A DNA stretch of 64,000 nucleotides from a virus: IMG/VR virus record IMGVR_UViG_3300044960_000113, positions 96,001 to 160,000 of that record. The stretch is one strand, 5' to 3'. The position numbers were made by a program, and so were the translations under genes. This document shows positions 45,584 through 54,431 of this stretch, one piece after another. Positions within the stretch are counted from its first letter, which is position 1, and each line of letters starts with the position of its first letter. The notes beneath the pieces were generated by a model that was not told the origin of the DNA, made no database searches, and saw only the letters and a list, made by a program, of their open reading frames with translations.

Positions 45584-45654
45584 TGGTATCCCGTACCAGT
45601 TCTGCCCCCGGTCCCTTTTGAGGCCCAATGGCGTCACTAGCTGCCTCATGGGAT
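45584..45654 (-). pseudogene. tRNA pseudogene (Glu-like), 3' strand of anticodon stem missing
   Basis: Acceptor ATCCCAT/ACGGGAT, D-arm and GGCAGAA T-loop present; TTGGG has no partner. Confidence 0.55.
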
Positions 45655-45687
45655 ATTTCTCTAAATTGTAAAAGAACTTAACACATT

Positions 45688-45762
45688 TGGTGCGGGGTAG
45701 GAGAATCGAACTCCTTATTTCTGGTTGGAAGCCAGACGTGTAACCAATGACACTTACCACGC
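45688..45762 (-). tRNA. tRNA-Gly(TCC) with A73
   Basis: TCTGG CTTCCAA CCAGA; T4.C69 mismatch. Confidence 0.85.
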
Positions 45763-45774
45763 ATATAAAACAAT

Positions 45775-45801
45775 TTAGGGCTTCTTTTAAAAAAGCCCTA
45801 A
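45775..45801 (-). terminator. Terminator-like hairpin after leader peptide
   Basis: TTAGGGCTT..GAAGCCCTAA then ATTGTTTT. Confidence 0.65.
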
Positions 45802-45834
45802 GTTTAGATAAAAAATCTTAACTTAGAGCTCACA

Positions 45835-45924
45835 TTAAATATCCTCCCCGCGTTCATCGCGATCAACACGACCTGTTCCGGTAACCCGAATAGTCATGAT
45901 TGAGATTGAAGTAATGTTAAACAT
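45835..45924 (-). CDS. Putative 29-aa leader peptide MFNITSISIMTIRVTGTGRVDRDERGEDI
   Basis: AGGAG RBS, manual translation, promoter upstream, hairpin and tRNA array downstream. Confidence 0.55.
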   Translation of the reverse strand: MFNITSISIMTIRVTGTGRVDRDERGEDI

Positions 45925-45961
45925 TTATTGCTTGCTCCTATTAAAAATTTACTATATTGGT

Positions 45962-45990
45962 ATTATATATAGATTTTTCTAAAAAGTAAA
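45962..45990 (-). promoter_or_regulatory. Sigma70-like early promoter
   Basis: TTTACT-17 nt-TATAAT. Confidence 0.7.
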
Positions 45991-46034
45991 CAGTTATTTC
46001 CTATATTTAAATATTAAAAATATTTATAATAATT

Positions 46035-46155
46035 TCATGTTCGTTTATTTTTAGCTAATCTTTCCCATTCGCGTTTTTGATAATAAATAGCTTCATTTTT
46101 TGTTAAACCATTTACTATTGAACGTCTATCAAAATAATAATTCTGATATTTTCAT
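46035..46155 (-). pseudogene. Frameshifted small gene with MKISELL leader
   Basis: ATG AAA ATA TCA GAA TTA TTA TTT TGA; a shifted frame continues DRRSIVNG..KNKRT*. Confidence 0.45.
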
Positions 46156-46171
46156 AATTTATATTTCTTTA

Positions 46172-46678
46172 TTAAACCTCTTCTAATAACCAGAATGATA
46201 ATTTTTCTGCACCACTTCCGCGTGACCAAAATCCATTATAAAGATAAAACCATGGACCCTCTTCTTTATCGTTTAAATCACGAACATATAAATAGGAATG
46301 ATAACCATATTTATTTTTTGATTGAATATCTTCTAACTCTTTTAACGATTTTGCATTTTTATTTTTTAATAATTCTCTAACAGAATCAAATTTTATACCA
46401 CCTTCACCATATTTTTCATCATCATCTGTTAAACCTAAAATTTCATAAACTTCAGCACCTTGATTATACGCATTATATGTTGCTAAAACAATCATTCCCT
46501 TTTTTAATTCTGAATGTTGTAAAGAACGTACAACTTTATATTCTTTATCATCAACAATAACATTTTCTTTTTTCGATGTTACTTCACGTACTTTTTGAAT
46601 AGTTTTTTTAGATTTTGATGCATGACTTGACAATTCATCAATATTATATACTTCTTTTAAAAGTTCTTTAAGTTTCAT
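46172..46678 (-). CDS. Hypothetical protein with MKLKELLKE leader
   Basis: ORF, GGAG RBS. Confidence 0.6.
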   Translation of the reverse strand: MKLKELLKEVYNIDELSSHASKSKKTIQKVREVTSKKENVIVDDKEYKVVRSLQHSELKKGMIVLATYNAYNQGAEVYEILGLTDDDEKYGEGGIKFDSVRELLKNKNAKSLKELEDIQSKNKYGYHSYLYVRDLNDKEEGPWFYLYNGFWSRGSGAEKLSFWLLEEV

Positions 46679-46691
46679 TATTTAATCTCCT

Positions 46692-46964
46692 TTATTTTTC
46701 TGTACGTTCATTAATCCAATCTCTAATTTCTTTTTCTGACATTTTACTAAAATATTTAGTATAAAATTCTTCTGGTGTACTATCTCTAGCCTTTTTGACT
46801 GAATATGGCATTTCATCTTCTAAATAAAGATATAATTTTTCTTCAGCAGATTCACTTGGTTCAGTCCCATTTGTTAGATAATCAAAAATCTCTTTAGCTT
46901 CAGCTTTTGTAAATAGCTTAGTTAAATAAGATTCATTAATAAACTGTTTAAATGTTTTTTTCAT
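46692..46964 (-). CDS. Hypothetical protein with MKKTFKQFINE leader
   Basis: ORF; YL..EMPY.V.KAR..PE motif. Confidence 0.6.
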   Translation of the reverse strand: MKKTFKQFINESYLTKLFTKAEAKEIFDYLTNGTEPSESAEEKLYLYLEDEMPYSVKKARDSTPEEFYTKYFSKMSEKEIRDWINERTEK

Positions 46965-47028
46965 TTTGTTTTACCCTACGTATTAATAAAATATTTAATT
47001 TTATTTATTAAAAATGTAAAAAATATTA

Positions 47029-47211
47029 TTAAATATACATATTTTCATCAAAATCATTTAAAATTTGATAAATTTTATCATATACATAATCAATATTATT
47101 ATTGTTAATAATACCTTTATTTATTAAATCATCAACTAAATCTAAAAGATTAAGCTCAAGAAAATTTATTAATGTTTCTGTTGGTTTTTGATGAAAAATT
47201 TCAAATAACAT
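47029..47211 (-). CDS. Hypothetical protein
   Basis: ORF track. Confidence 0.45.
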   Translation of the reverse strand: MLFEIFHQKPTETLINFLELNLLDLVDDLINKGIINNNNIDYVYDKIYQILNDFDENMYI

Positions 47212-48277
47212 ATTTATTTTCCAATATAGTTAACTGTTTATTAAATACAACTTTAGCTTTTTCTGAATTTGGAACATTCTTAAGAAGCTTTTCATAATTG
47301 ATATTTTTTAAAAGTATAATCGATTGTTCAATATCTATCATAGCATCTCTAAAAGAAGATGTTATAGCGCAGGCAATCATTAAATATTTAAAAGTTAATG
47401 ATTGCCTTAAAGCACCTATATTTTTAAGAATATCAATTTTTTCTTTTGATAAAAGTCTATCAAAAACAATAATAAAATCATGATATTTTTGATAAAGTTC
47501 TATTGTTTCTTTAACAGAAGATGGAAATTTTATAATCGTTTCTAGTTTATTGATATCACAGTTTCTAAAAAGAACAGTACAAAGTGATTCAATAGGTGCA
47601 TCTGTTAACATCGCTTTATCTAGTAATTTTTTATCAGTGTCTAATAATTCAAATCCAAAAAGTCGATTAAGAGCACCACATTGGTCAAGAATTTCAAGTC
47701 CCCAAATCATATCATTTTCAAGAAGTAGTTTTTCTAATTCTTTCCAAACTCTTTCAGGTGTTAGATGATCAAGTTCACCCATTGTCACCATACGTGACAT
47801 TAGAGACATAGTATCAGGATCTACACTGAATCCATAACGAGCAGCAAATCGTGCAACTCTAAGTACACGTAAAGGATCTTCAGCAAATGCTGCTGATACA
47901 TGTCTAAGAATACCATCTTTTAGATCTTTTTGACCACCAAATGGGTCAATAATCTCACCGGTATTAGGACAGATAGCCATAGCATTGATCGTAAGATCAC
48001 GCCTAGATAGGTCTTCTTCAAGTGACACATTTTCAGTTGACCAAGAAAATCCATTATAACCTATCCCATTTTTTCGCTCTCGCCTAGCTAGAGCATATTC
48101 TTCTTTAGTTTCAGGGTGAAGATAAACTGGAAAGTCAGTATCAACACGAGTATAACCTTGGGATTCAAGAGTTAAAATATCTTGTTCAGTAGCACCAACA
48201 ATAACCCAATCGCGATCTTTGGAATCAAAACCTAGAAGTTTATCTCTAACGGCTCCACCAACAGAATAAATTTTCAT
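47201..48277 (-). CDS. cca: CCA-adding tRNA nucleotidyltransferase (class II)
   Basis: [59 protein letters not shown]. Confidence 0.95.
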   Translation of the reverse strand: MKIYSVGGAVRDKLLGFDSKDRDWVIVGATEQDILTLESQGYTRVDTDFPVYLHPETKEEYALARRERKNGIGYNGFSWSTENVSLEEDLSRRDLTINAMAICPNTGEIIDPFGGQKDLKDGILRHVSAAFAEDPLRVLRVARFAARYGFSVDPDTMSLMSRMVTMGELDHLTPERVWKELEKLLLENDMIWGLEILDQCGALNRLFGFELLDTDKKLLDKAMLTDAPIESLCTVLFRNCDINKLETIIKFPSSVKETIELYQKYHDFIIVFDRLLSKEKIDILKNIGALRQSLTFKYLMIACAITSSFRDAMIDIEQSIILLKNINYEKLLKNVPNSEKAKVVFNKQLTILENKYVI

Positions 48278-48279
48278 TT

Positions 48280-48744
48280 TTAATGATAACGTCTATTTAA
48301 CATAACAGCATATAAACATAATTCATTTTTCTGATTGTATAAACTATTTAACCATGTTAATTGTGAAAAAGTTTTTCTTATTCCCAATTTTTGCAATTTA
48401 AACGTTCCATAAACAACATCACCAACAAATACGGGTTTTAAAAATTTAGCATCTTCAATTGCACAATTTATTTGTGCAGAAAATGGTGGTAATTCAAGCG
48501 TTTCTTTATAAAGATGTGTTAATAAAGCAATTCCTAATAATCCATGCATAACTGGTTTTGATCCAAATGGAGATTCTTTTTCACATCTTTCTGGATCAAT
48601 ATGTATCCATTGAGTATCATATACAGCAAATGCAAAATCGTTTACAAATTTCTGTGTTATTAGAAATTGTTCACTTTTTCCTATTTCTTTACCTACATAA
48701 TTTTTTAATTCTTCATAATCTTTAAATAATATTTTAGTTTTCAA
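48280..48744 (-). CDS. MaoC-like (hot-dog) dehydratase
   Basis: [34 protein letters not shown]. Confidence 0.88.
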   Translation of the reverse strand: MKTKILFKDYEELKNYVGKEIGKSEQFLITQKFVNDFAFAVYDTQWIHIDPERCEKESPFGSKPVMHGLLGIALLTHLYKETLELPPFSAQINCAIEDAKFLKPVFVGDVVYGTFKLQKLGIRKTFSQLTWLNSLYNQKNELCLYAVMLNRRYH

Positions 48745-48861
48745 ATTATGCTACCTCATTTTTTAATTTTATTTATTCATTAATAATATTAATGTTATAT
48801 CATACTTTTAGTTCATTAATAAACATTTTTATATCAACATGATTATTCAGATATTTTCTCC

Positions 48862-49419
48862 TTAGTGATTATTTATCATTAATGCATTCCCACGTTTTAT
48901 CATATCATCAAATATTCCGCCGTGTTCCATAATAGTTTCAAATTCACCATTATTATCACTATAATTTAAAACGTAAATATCACAATCTGAATTATGTTTT
49001 AAAAATATATCATAAATTTTACTATTAAATTCATCTCTATCCTTTTCAAATTTATCTAAAATATTTTTAAATTCCTCAACTGGCAATTTGTATAAATCAT
49101 CTGTAATTGTTGGAGGTGAGCCAACATCTTTAAAAAGAATGTTATTTTTATAATACAATCCATTTAAAGATTCTTTAATCATTTTTTCGTTATTTTTATC
49201 TTTTTCGGCCAACTTTAAATCATCTAAAACTCTTATAGCTACATCAATAGCATTTACGCTATTTTCAGAATAATAATTAAATTTTAAATTATTATGATCC
49301 TTAACATCTGGCCACAACATAAAAATAACATTTTCTACATTTAATTCCATGTTTTTAGGAACAGCAACTATAAAACTAGAACTAGAACTATTACTAACAA
49401 AACCCATTCTAATCTTCAT
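48862..49419 (-). CDS. Hypothetical protein, KIRxGFVSNSSSSSF family
   Basis: N-terminus MKIRMGFVSNSSSSSFIV. Confidence 0.75.
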   Translation of the reverse strand: MKIRMGFVSNSSSSSFIVAVPKNMELNVENVIFMLWPDVKDHNNLKFNYYSENSVNAIDVAIRVLDDLKLAEKDKNNEKMIKESLNGLYYKNNILFKDVGSPPTITDDLYKLPVEEFKNILDKFEKDRDEFNSKIYDIFLKHNSDCDIYVLNYSDNNGEFETIMEHGGIFDDMIKRGNALMINNH

Positions 49420-49469
49420 TAGACATCTCTCCTATTTTAACAATGTTTGTTAAATATTCTATCATTAGA

Positions 49470-49940
49470 TTAATGATTATCATTGTCATTATGTATAAAT
49501 GACTTATCATTAAATAAAAATGATTTTAGATGTTCATTACTATCAAACATTTCTGTATTCATATCTTCAGTTGCATTTGATTGATGATCTATATAACTAT
49601 ATATAAGGCCTGATTGTTCATCATCATGAATACTAATTTTCCAAATAATACCTTTAGCACCTGTATATTCTTTAAGTACATTTTCTAACATCTGTACTCT
49701 TTGATCACTAAGTTCTCCTGAATACAATGCTTGTAAATATGAAAATATTACTTTACTTCCAACATCATTATATATTTTCTCTTGCCAACCAAATTCTGTT
49801 TCACCAAAGTCATCATCGACGACAATATGATCTCCATCCCATTTAAAAATTTTTGGATTAAAATTGTCTATTTTATCAGAATTGATAACAATAAAACTTG
49901 ATGATGAACTATTGCTCACAAATCCTGCTCTGATTTTCAT
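49470..49940 (-). CDS. Hypothetical protein, KIRxGFVSNSSSSSF family
   Basis: N-terminus MKIRAGFVSNSSSSSFIV; YIDHQS. Confidence 0.75.
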   Translation of the reverse strand: MKIRAGFVSNSSSSSFIVINSDKIDNFNPKIFKWDGDHIVVDDDFGETEFGWQEKIYNDVGSKVIFSYLQALYSGELSDQRVQMLENVLKEYTGAKGIIWKISIHDDEQSGLIYSYIDHQSNATEDMNTEMFDSNEHLKSFLFNDKSFIHNDNDNH

Positions 49941-50093
49941 TTTTAATTTCTCCTTATTAATATTCTAGTACAATATCATATATTAAGTATATTTTTCATG
50001 CTTGTTATCATTTTTCTTCTTCAATATGCCAATCTTTCAGGAAGATTCGTTCGTATACTTTCATTGTGTATCCTCTCTGTTTGTGGCTCCGTG

Positions 50094-51248
50094 TCATTTA
50101 GCTCTAAATTCAATTCTTTGTTCGGCTTTAATTTCTCTAATTTGATGATATGTTGTATTAGATGCATTACCGATATCAGAATTATACAAATCATAAACTG
50201 GACACAAACGACAATCGTTGCAAATATGTGAATTGTCTTGTTTGATTAATTTATCCCTAAATTTACGTGTCTCATTTGCCATCCAAACATCTTTGACAAA
50301 ATCTTCTGCTTCAAGTACGTTAATACCTTCCCAACCTGGTTGATCTTCAGTAAATGAACAATGCCAATACACTCCATCTACGTTAATATAGCTTGAGAAC
50401 AATCCACTTTCACATGACTCAACCATTTGGACATACTTATCAAAATTCTTATCATACTTCATTGCTTGTAGAAAAATTGGAGCAGAACATGAATCGAAAC
50501 CAATCTGTACTCCCATATCTAATGCATGATCAATTAAACCTTTATATTTTGCAACGTCTTTAACAATGTTCATTCCATTACGTTTACCTTTTGGTTTAAG
50601 AGTTAGGAACATTACTGCTTTTAGATGATTTTTAAGTCGTTCATCATTAGCAGCATCTTCAATTAGGTGATGACATTTTTCTAATGTTTCTTCAGCAACA
50701 ACTTGGTGAATATTACATTGAACAATACCTGCTTCATTCAGTTTAGCAATTGCGTTATAACAAACATCCTTATCATGATATAAACTAACAGCAATTCCAC
50801 CACAATATTTAGCAAGGATAGAAACCCATTCATCTGTCAAACCATAACCATTAATAGTAATATTTGGAATAATTCCATTTTCTCTACAATATTCAAACAT
50901 CTTAACAAGATCAGGACAACTATCCATATCACCAATACCAAATGCAATTTGCGTCAATGTCTTTGGCATTTTATCTAAAATAGATTTAAATGTTTCAAAA
51001 GACATGTACTCACCCTTTGGGGTATTTGATTTATAACAATGTTTACATGGACCTTGATCTGTACCAGAGCAGACCGTGGATACTTCTAGATCTAGGATTT
51101 CCGGACCAAATGGAGACCATTTTGGATCATCATCAAACGTTTTACCCCAACGTGCAAAATAACCTGACACTTTATTAAATCTAAAGTTATAATCGTCAGA
51201 GATAAGACTCTTAATGGTATCATTCTCAAAAATTTTAGCAGTTTTCAT
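50094..51248 (-). CDS. Radical SAM protein with C-terminal Cys cluster
   Basis: Cx7Cx2C (CSGTDQGPCKHC), CESGLFSSYI..YWHCSF, CNDCRLCP. Confidence 0.88.
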   Translation of the reverse strand: MKTAKIFENDTIKSLISDDYNFRFNKVSGYFARWGKTFDDDPKWSPFGPEILDLEVSTVCSGTDQGPCKHCYKSNTPKGEYMSFETFKSILDKMPKTLTQIAFGIGDMDSCPDLVKMFEYCRENGIIPNITINGYGLTDEWVSILAKYCGGIAVSLYHDKDVCYNAIAKLNEAGIVQCNIHQVVAEETLEKCHHLIEDAANDERLKNHLKAVMFLTLKPKGKRNGMNIVKDVAKYKGLIDHALDMGVQIGFDSCSAPIFLQAMKYDKNFDKYVQMVESCESGLFSSYINVDGVYWHCSFTEDQPGWEGINVLEAEDFVKDVWMANETRKFRDKLIKQDNSHICNDCRLCPVYDLYNSDIGNASNTTYHQIREIKAEQRIEFRAK

Positions 51249-51250
51249 TT

Positions 51251-51583
51251 TTATTTTGATTTTATCATTACTTTATCAATAGAAGCTTTAATAGCAGAAT
51301 CAATAACAGCATCGACTGCTACACGTTCAGATTCATCAAAAAGTTTTTGATCTATAAATTTTGATTCAGATGGGTCATCTCCATCAATAAATTCATAACC
51401 TTTACGTATAACTAAACGAACACGTTTTTTTCCAGATAATGGCATTTTCTCATGTCGTACTTGTAATCGATTTCTCAACCAAGCATATCGTAATGCATGT
51501 TGTTTATACAAATTCAATAATTGCCATAATTCTTCTAATTCTTGAATATATTGCGATTCAGTTCTAAAATCCATTTTTCTCAA
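51251..51583 (-). CDS. Hypothetical protein
   Basis: Contains A.RYAWLR motif. Confidence 0.55.
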   Translation of the reverse strand: MRKMDFRTESQYIQELEELWQLLNLYKQHALRYAWLRNRLQVRHEKMPLSGKKRVRLVIRKGYEFIDGDDPSESKFIDQKLFDESERVAVDAVIDSAIKASIDKVMIKSK

Positions 51584-51836
51584 TCCTATTAACTCTTTCT
51601 AAAAATGTGTCTTCACCTGTGTCACCAGAATAAAGCCACTCCACTTCTTTCATTAGAGAAGAAATACGTCTTGCATCTTTTAAAATTTCATTCAGTTTAT
51701 TGATAACTTCATCTGAATAATCATAATACGTTTCACCCCATTCATTTGCTGTTTTTCTATTTTCTATTTTCAATTCCAACTCATCAGCAAATCTAGACAC
51801 ATACATATATGCATAATCAAATACACCACCACTCAT
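51564..51836 (-). CDS. Conserved hypothetical phage protein
   Basis: MSGGVFDY..EWLYSGDTGED.F. Confidence 0.65.
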   Translation of the reverse strand: MSGGVFDYAYMYVSRFADELELKIENRKTANEWGETYYDYSDEVINKLNEILKDARRISSLMKEVEWLYSGDTGEDTFLERVNRIEKNGF

Positions 51837-51857
51837 AATATATCTCCTTCAATAATT

Positions 51858-52100
51858 TTAATTTTCTTTAATAACTTTTTCAATTTTATTTAAAATACGT
51901 GATTTAATTCTATAACTAATCATATCTGAAACAATATCTAATATAGTTCCTATTTTCTGAAAATCATTAAAGTTTTCTAACTTAAAACTAAATTCTTGAC
52001 TATTTACTACAAACGTAGCAATACCAGATAAATCATTTGGATCTGAAGATCCTTTCCATGATTCTTTAACTAATTCTCTATTAATAGGTATATGTTTCAT
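51858..52100 (-). CDS. Hypothetical protein
   Basis: ORF track. Confidence 0.5.
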   Translation of the reverse strand: MKHIPINRELVKESWKGSSDPNDLSGIATFVVNSQEFSFKLENFNDFQKIGTILDIVSDMISYRIKSRILNKIEKVIKEN

Positions 52101-52102
52101 AA

Positions 52103-52270
52103 TTATACAAACTCCAACAAATCAAAAATATAATCTGGTTCTAAACCAAATTCTTCATAAAGAAGCTCTTCTGGATCAGACATATCTTTTGTTGCATCTT
52201 TGATCCACTGAATGACTTCCTGCTCTGTCATATCTTCACGTTTCATTAATACTCGTACCATATTATTCAT
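52103..52270 (-). CDS. Small acidic hypothetical protein (55 aa)
   Basis: Not in track; GGAGG RBS; MNNMVRVLMKREDMTEQE..EEFGLEPDYIFDLL. Confidence 0.65.
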   Translation of the reverse strand: MNNMVRVLMKREDMTEQEVIQWIKDATKDMSDPEELLYEEFGLEPDYIFDLLEFV

Positions 52271-52362
52271 TATTTCCTCCATTCGTAAACTTCACACATT
52301 CCATATTCACCTTCAAATTATCTCCAATGTAGATTATTTCCCATTATATCTTCCTTTGTGTT

Positions 52363-52437
52363 TGGTGGGCCCTCTCGGATTTGAACCGACATATTTCGAA
52401 TTATGAGTTCGGTATTTTATCATTAAATTGCAAACCC
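52363..52437 (-). tRNA. tRNA(CAT) (Ile2 or Met) whose 5' half is supplied by the end of the endonuclease ORF
   Basis: GGGTTTG..ATTT/AAAT D-arm, CGAA CTCATAA TTCG, T-arm, AGGGCCC A CCA. Confidence 0.65.
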
Positions 52438-53069
52438 GCATATGTTCCATTTCGTATTTCGGCGATTTCTTTTTTCTTAATAACTATTAATTTTCTTGGA
52501 AATTGTTGCCATTTTGCTCTATCTCTGTCTGTTTCGTATCCTTTAACCTCAATAAATACATCCAATTGTGGTAAATAAAAATCTGGATAGTACTGTCTAA
52601 TTCCATTCCATTCATATTCAAATGAATTAAAACACCTTTCTATAATTATAGATTTATTTAAGCAATATTCATAAAACTCAAGTTCCCATTTTCCAATAAA
52701 TTTTAAACCATATTTTGTTATTTGTTTTGCTCTTCCTCTATTAGAAGATGTGTATGATTCTGGATTATTTTTAACAGCCAACTTCATTGCCCTAGAATGT
52801 TGTTCTCTAAGAGCTTTTGTCCATATTCTATTTTTTCCACTTTTACCCATCTTTGCTCTTGATTCATCACTAATGAAAACAGGAATTCCAGTTTCTTTAG
52901 CTTTTGTGAATTGATTAGAACCATGTCCTTTTCTAGAATGCATACTTTCATACCATTTATCACTTGGTCTTGGTACTTGTCTATTAGGATTATTTTTACA
53001 ACGTCTCTCATGATTTTTTAGTGAATTAGAATTCTTACATTCTTTATAACAAAAATTACATAATAGCAT
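52401..53069 (-). CDS. Putative homing endonuclease (Zn finger plus PD-(D/E)xK)
   Basis: CNFC..HERRC zinc finger; YYPDFYLP..FIEVKG; TATAAATA at 53094-53101 and GGAGG RBS. Confidence 0.8.
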   Translation of the reverse strand: MLLCNFCYKECKNSNSLKNHERRCKNNPNRQVPRPSDKWYESMHSRKGHGSNQFTKAKETGIPVFISDESRAKMGKSGKNRIWTKALREQHSRAMKLAVKNNPESYTSSNRGRAKQITKYGLKFIGKWELEFYEYCLNKSIIIERCFNSFEYEWNGIRQYYPDFYLPQLDVFIEVKGYETDRDRAKWQQFPRKLIVIKKKEIAEIRNGTYAGLQFNDKIPNS

Positions 53070-53110
53070 AATATCTACCCTCCTTTTATATGCTATTTAT
53101 AATTATATAG

Positions 53111-53144
53111 GAGTCCGCCGCTCTCACCGCTGAGCTAAAGACCC
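53111..53144 (-). pseudogene. Orphan 5' half of tRNA(CAT)
   Basis: GGGTCTT TA GCTC AGCGGTGA GAGC G GCGGA CTC; pairs with the acceptor strand at 52367-52373. Confidence 0.8.
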
Positions 53145-53150
53145 ATTTAT

Positions 53151-53339
53151 TTATCGTTTAGTAATATTTAAATATGCATTAATTGGAAATAGAATCATTA
53201 TCAATATTATAACCCCAATTGTATACCAATCTGCTTTATAAAGTTCGTTGCACCCCATCAATTGGCACCAATTTGTGTTAAATATAAAGCCTAGAATGAA
53301 ACAAAAAATACACGATACATAAAAATATAAAAATCTCAT
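53151..53339 (-). CDS. Hypothetical membrane protein
   Basis: Two hydrophobic segments. Confidence 0.5.
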   Translation of the reverse strand: MRFLYFYVSCIFCFILGFIFNTNWCQLMGCNELYKADWYTIGVIILIMILFPINAYLNITKR

Positions 53340-53356
53340 TTTATAATTACCTATTA

Positions 53357-53542
53357 TTAATGTTTTATTATATCATAAATATCAAATAATATTTTAGTTA
53401 ATGCCTTATCAGAAAATTGTCGTTTTAAAGAATGAAATCCAGTATGTTGCATACATCTTTCAGATAGCTCGTTCTTAAACAACATATAGCAATGTCCACC
53501 ATCTGGATTTTTCTTATGATTACAAGTTTTGCAAGTATTCAT
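53357..53542 (-). CDS. Small Cys-rich hypothetical protein
   Basis: CKTC..GGHCYM..C. Confidence 0.5.
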   Translation of the reverse strand: MNTCKTCNHKKNPDGGHCYMLFKNELSERCMQHTGFHSLKRQFSDKALTKILFDIYDIIKH

Positions 53543-53628
53543 ATTACTGTGTCAGTTTAAAGAATTTGAATAGCTAATAGTTGTAATGGTGTTCACCGTT
53601 TATCCAATTTATTCTAAATCATCTATAA

Positions 53629-53940
53629 TTAATATTTTACCTTTTTAAAAATTTGAATTCTTTGTTTAAGTTCTTTAATCGATTCTCTTATTGGAGTATG
53701 TGCACCTTCATCATATTTAGGATTGCAATTATAAATTACATGTGAACAATTACGATCTCTCATTATAATTTCTTTTGCTTCATTATCAATCTCTAATTGC
53801 TGATGAACATTAATTATTTCGCCATCCAAAGCAGCAACATATTGTTCATCTATAAGAATAGGATTAATTTTAGTTTCGACAAATTTTTTAACTGCTTGCC
53901 AACGCTTTTCGTATTTCTTACTGAGATCAATAGATGACAT
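53629..53940 (-). CDS. Hypothetical protein
   Basis: ORF with RBS. Confidence 0.5.
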   Translation of the reverse strand: MSSIDLSKKYEKRWQAVKKFVETKINPILIDEQYVAALDGEIINVHQQLEIDNEAKEIIMRDRNCSHVIYNCNPKYDEGAHTPIRESIKELKQRIQIFKKVKY

Positions 53941-53954
53941 TTTAATTCTCCAAT

Positions 53955-54173
53955 TTATCTATTATACCAAACTATATGAAAGATATTTTCAGATTTACAT
54001 TTTTGTAAACATTCTTTCCAGTTTGATGGTAAAACTTTTCCAAACTTTTTATCATTTTTAATAAATTCTCCATAACCATCATCATCTGTAATGGCTCCAC
54101 ACATAATTAAATTATGGAAATCTTCTATTGTATAGATTTCATCTTCGTATTCATATTCGTATTCGTTTATCAT
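53955..54173 (-). CDS. Conserved hypothetical phage protein
   Basis: ITDDDGYG..IVWYNR. Confidence 0.6.
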   Translation of the reverse strand: MINEYEYEYEDEIYTIEDFHNLIMCGAITDDDGYGEFIKNDKKFGKVLPSNWKECLQKCKSENIFHIVWYNR

Positions 54174-54197
54174 AATTTTATATTCCGTTTCAATTAT

Positions 54198-54274
54198 TGG
54201 CCTGCCCAGAGGGATTCGAACCCCCGACCAATAGCTTAGAAGGCTATTGCTCTTCCGGACTGAGCTATGGGCAG
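54198..54274 (-). tRNA. tRNA-Arg(TCT)
   Basis: ATAGC CTTCTAA GCTAT. Confidence 0.95.
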
Positions 54275-54431
54275 AATATTATTAAACACTTTTGCTATAA
54301 CAGCAATTAAGTTTTTTAATTGCTGTCATCATTTTTTTCCTTAAAAAGATCATTAATTAATAAAGAAATTGTTGGTGCAACCATAAAACCAATAATCAAA
54401 ATTGTAATTACATCAACATTTTCTAACATTT

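Noticed and set aside
45584-45654. Possible UCA (Sec/opal suppressor) anticodon
   Set aside because: Anticodon stem cannot form, so the register is ambiguous (CTC equally plausible); lacks tRNA-Sec architecture
52438-53110. Group I/II intron around the endonuclease in tRNA(CAT)
   Set aside because: No P/Q/R/S core or domain V; non-coding flank is only ~40 nt of promoter and RBS
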